A stretch of DNA of 64,000 bases from Gemmatimonas sp. (GTDB taxonomy: Bacteria > Gemmatimonadota > Gemmatimonadetes > Gemmatimonadales > Gemmatimonadaceae): assembly GCA_031414535.1 (NCBI GenBank), contig JANNVQ010000057.1, forward strand, positions 1 to 64,000, in the 5' to 3' direction. The number at the start of each line of letters is the position of its first letter. Positions within the stretch are counted from its first letter, which is position 1. Positions 60,925-64,000 of this stretch are shown here, piece by piece. The notes under the pieces are model-generated. The model did no database searches, had not been told where the DNA came from, and saw nothing but the letters and a program-made list of their open reading frames with translations. Both the position numbers and the translations under genes were made by a program.

Positions 60925-62646
60925 CTAAGGCGTGAACACTTCCATCACGACTTTGCCATTATTTGCCACATCGTATCCACCCAGCACGTAGAGCTTTCCG
61001 TTGTACACAATCCCACGCGCGCCAATACGCGGGGTGGGCATTGGCGCGACGCTGGTCCAGCTATTCGTCCCTGGCACGTACTTTTCCACTGAGTTCAGGA
61101 CAGTGCCGTTGAAGCCACCGACGGCGTACAACGCGCCGCCAATTGACGCCAACACGAAGCCGCGCCGTGGGGTTTGCATCGGCGCCAGCGTACTCCAAGA
61201 ATTGGTGTTCGGGTTGTACGCTTCTAGCGTACCGAGGTGCACATCCCCGACGCCAAGTCCGCCGGCTACGTAGAAAAGTCCGCCGAGTTCGGCGCCCCCG
61301 GCTTCTCGCCGTGGCGTGGGCATTGCTGCCCTCGTTGTCCAAGTTCCGGCGCTGTCTGTCGCCGGATTGAAGGCTTCTAGACGATCAGTAGGCGCAGGGT
61401 CCAGTCGGCCACCCGCCACGTAGATCACACCGTTTATGGCCGCGCTGACGGCGTCGGCGCGTGCGCCCAGCGGCATCGGTGCGCGAGGCCGCCAGTTGCC
61501 GGTCGCCGGCTCGAATGACCACATCTCATTAATCAGGACCGCGTTGTTGGTACCACCGGCAGCGTACAGCAGATTGCCCACCACACTCACCGCCGCTGAC
61601 GTCTGCACGCTCGGACGTGATGGGAGCGTGGCCCACGAACCACCGGGAAGTGAAATGGACTCCACATCCTGCCGGTGCTGCGGCGGCGGGTTGTTGAATC
61701 CTCCAGCTGCAATGGCGACCCCGTTTACTACCGCGAACGAAAAATGCCAACGTGGCACCGACATACTTGGCCCCGCTATCCATCCGGAGAGAGGGGCCGT
61801 TACCGTAATCATCGCGGTGTCCGCCTTGCCCTCACTTGAGACTTCAATGCGCGCAGTGCCTGCCAGAAGGCCTGTCACCACACCGCTTTGAGTCACCGTG
61901 GCAATACTAGGGTTAAGCGTAGCCCACGAGATTGCGCGATCTGACAGAACGTTGTTCGCCGCATCGCGCACTACAGCGGCTAGAGTTACCGACTCGTCAA
62001 CGAGGATGGTGTCGGCGCGGGGCGCCACGCTGACGCTTGCCACGGGCGCGACCAGCACAGTGACCGACGCCACCGCGCTGATGCCTTCGCTGGTCGCCGT
62101 TACGAGGGTCGAACCAGCGCTGACTCCCGTGACAAGTCCACCCGTGCTCACGCTCGCCGTGCTCGGCGCGAGAGATGTCCAAGTGACGGTGCGACCAGTC
62201 AGGAGCGTGCCGTTCGTAGCTCTCGTGGTTGCGACTATCTGCTGGTTCGCACCCACCAGCATCGTGAACGTGCTGGGCACCAGTTCAAGCAGCCCTACTG
62301 CTTCAATGACGTTCACCGTGAACTGGCCCACCACTCCGCCGCACGTGACTGACACCACGGTAGTTCCAGCTGCAAGTGCCGTGACGAGTCCCGTACTCGA
62401 TACCGAGGCAACGCTCCCCACGCTTGATGCCCAAGTCAGGGGTCGGTCCGTGAGCAATGAGTCCGTCGTGCTACGCACCTTCACTGTGAGCTGCGTAGTC
62501 TGTCCGATTGTTAGCGGAGCAGCACTGCCTGACACCAGCACGAGGCCCACGGTTACAGTAGGCGGAGGATCAGTCACATCGCGACACCCAAGCGAAAGCA
62601 ACGCGAAGAACGCAAGCGAAACGCACCATCCTGAGTGGAGGCGCAT
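60925..62646 (-). CDS. Lipoprotein with three Big_2 Ig-like domains and a Kelch beta-propeller
   Basis: LSLGC lipobox; W(A/T)(S/T)...A(S/T)V..GxVT x3; six YxxGG..E.Y/F.P..W..MP.PR Kelch repeats. Confidence 0.88.
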   Translation of the reverse strand: MRLHSGWCVSLAFFALLSLGCRDVTDPPPTVTVGLVLVSGSAAPLTIGQTTQLTVKVRSTTDSLLTDRPLTWASSVGSVASVSSTGLVTALAAGTTVVSVTCGGVVGQFTVNVIEAVGLLELVPSTFTMLVGANQQIVATTRATNGTLLTGRTVTWTSLAPSTASVSTGGLVTGVSAGSTLVTATSEGISAVASVTVLVAPVASVSVAPRADTILVDESVTLAAVVRDAANNVLSDRAISWATLNPSIATVTQSGVVTGLLAGTARIEVSSEGKADTAMITVTAPLSGWIAGPSMSVPRWHFSFAVVNGVAIAAGGFNNPPPQHRQDVESISLPGGSWATLPSRPSVQTSAAVSVVGNLLYAAGGTNNAVLINEMWSFEPATGNWRPRAPMPLGARADAVSAAINGVIYVAGGRLDPAPTDRLEAFNPATDSAGTWTTRAAMPTPRREAGGAELGGLFYVAGGLGVGDVHLGTLEAYNPNTNSWSTLAPMQTPRRGFVLASIGGALYAVGGFNGTVLNSVEKYVPGTNSWTSVAPMPTPRIGARGIVYNGKLYVLGGYDVANNGKVVMEVFTP

Positions 62647-62680
62647 AGCCGATCTCCAGGCCGGGACGCGACGACGGGTG

Positions 62681-63553
62681 CTACTGTCGCCGTGCTCTAA
62701 TGTTGGTCAATCCGGCAGTAGCCGCAACTCCACCAAGAATGCAGGCGCATCCAATCAGCATCATCGGCGTGGCCACTTCATTGAGAAACAACCAACCCCA
62801 AATCATTCCAAAGAGCGGAATGAGGTAGGTCACGGCCATCGCGCCAGTGGCACCCACGCGCTCGAGCAGCCGGAAGTACAGAATGTTGCCGACCGCGGTC
62901 GCAAGTACAGCAAGCGCCATCGTCGCGCCCCAGGCCTTTACCGACGGCGTGGTGCTTGGCCAAGTCAGAGCCGCAGGGAGGGCGAGTACCACGACTGACA
63001 CGACAAGACTTCCCGCCGCTACCACGAGCGAAGGCGTTCCGGGTAGCAGACGCCAGGTGAGGTGGGCGGAGAGCGCGTACATGGATGCTGCGGAAAGCGC
63101 GGCGGCAATGGCAAGCGCCCCACCATCCACACGGAGGTCCTGCGAAGCCAGCAAGGCAACGCCCGCAAAGCCAATGGCAAGTCCGAGCGTGCGCATCATT
63201 CGTGGACGCTCGCCGAAAAACAACGTTCCAAAGACCGCGCCAAACAATGGCACGGTGGCATTGAGTACGGCGGCGAATCCCGCGGGCACCGTGCGCGTGG
63301 CGAACGCGAAGAGCACGAATGGCACAGCCGTATTCAGGGTGCCAATCATGCCAAGCGCGAGCCAGCGACCTTTGAACTCTCCAAGTTTTCGCTGGGCGGC
63401 CACAAGCGCGAGCAGCAGCACCGCGGCAACGCTCACACGCACTTCAACTAGAGCCACGGGGCCAAACTCCGGAACGGCGATTCGCGTGAACAGGAATGCC
63501 GCGCCCCAGATGGCGCCGAGAAAAAGCAGGTCAAAGGCTTCGCGAGGAGACAC
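62681..63553 (-). CDS. DMT/EamA family transporter
   Basis: AIWGAAF, AAVLNATVP, VTYLIPLFG; ~10 TM. Confidence 0.9.
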   Translation of the reverse strand: MSPREAFDLLFLGAIWGAAFLFTRIAVPEFGPVALVEVRVSVAAVLLLALVAAQRKLGEFKGRWLALGMIGTLNTAVPFVLFAFATRTVPAGFAAVLNATVPLFGAVFGTLFFGERPRMMRTLGLAIGFAGVALLASQDLRVDGGALAIAAALSAASMYALSAHLTWRLLPGTPSLVVAAGSLVVSVVVLALPAALTWPSTTPSVKAWGATMALAVLATAVGNILYFRLLERVGATGAMAVTYLIPLFGMIWGWLFLNEVATPMMLIGCACILGGVAATAGLTNIRARRQ

Positions 63554-63640
63554 GCAGGGAACTTAGCGCCAGAGGAAACCCTCAGGCGGCGGCAGGCAAC
63601 AAATCTTGCGACCTCGGTGTAGTTTCTTTTTTCGGAGGCG

Positions 63641-64000
63641 TTGATCCTCGTGCGCAGCGCGGTCTTGCCATCACTCGTCGCAGCACTGCTGCTTGCCTCT
63701 GTCACCGAGCTCGCGGCCCAAGGCAGCACCATCACCGTTCGTCCCCCTCGCATCACGGGTGGCGCGATTGCGGGTGTGGTGCGCGACGATAAGGGTAACG
63801 TGCTTGAGGATGTGCGCATCCTCATCGAGAACCTTACCCGCCAAACCCGTAGCGCCACAGACGGCGCCTTCATACTCGAAGGCCTGCCGGCGGGCCCGCA
63901 TCGGGTGCGCTTCCGCAAGCTTGGCTATCAGGAGGCTCAGGCTGACATCAGCGTCAGCGCCGATAGCGCCATCACGGTCGGGGTTACGCTCGTCCCGGTA
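63641..64000 (+). CDS. 5' part of an exported carboxypeptidase-regulatory-like domain protein (probable TonB-dependent receptor); runs off the window
   Basis: GGAGG RBS, TTG, signal peptide, IAGVVRDDKG..TDGAF..LPAG..RKLGY. Confidence 0.75.
   Translation, partial: MILVRSAVLPSLVAALLLASVTELAAQGSTITVRPPRITGGAIAGVVRDDKGNVLEDVRILIENLTRQTRSATDGAFILEGLPAGPHRVRFRKLGYQEAQADISVSADSAITVGVTLVPV

Overview
High-GC, gene-dense bacterial chromosomal segment. Gene content (TM/TPR Ser/Thr kinase, M28/M20/S9 peptidases, PD40-amidohydrolase, Ig-stalk lipoproteins) suggests Gemmatimonadota; this is inference. About 60 CDS; no rRNA, tRNA, CRISPR array, integrase or transposase was recognised. The most striking region is a ~10 kb module (14.2-24.1 kb). 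It holds two DUF3494 (ice-binding-like) lipoproteins on homologous tandem Ig-like stalks but with divergent tips, two OmpA-domain proteins, three small membrane/exported proteins, a PAS kinase/Rcp1-like pair and two paralogous LuxR regulators with an atypical receiver (Asp in place of the conserved Thr/Ser). A shared TCACC-N9-GATG motif lies exactly 21 bp upstream of a -10-like hexamer at both DUF3494 genes. Other points: a TolC-MFP-RND-PII-like-DUF2892-OsmC operon with an AT-rich palindromic operator; a GNAT-NSAR/OSBS-M20 (D-amino-acid conversion type) operon coupled to sua5; a plant/chlamydial-type FabI; apparent leaderless starts (TANNNT 6-7 nt before the start codon of ~9 genes); stop-codon-centred hairpins; two families of short intergenic repeats; and three small ORFs the ORF track missed or mis-started. 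All family calls come from motif recognition by eye, not database searches.
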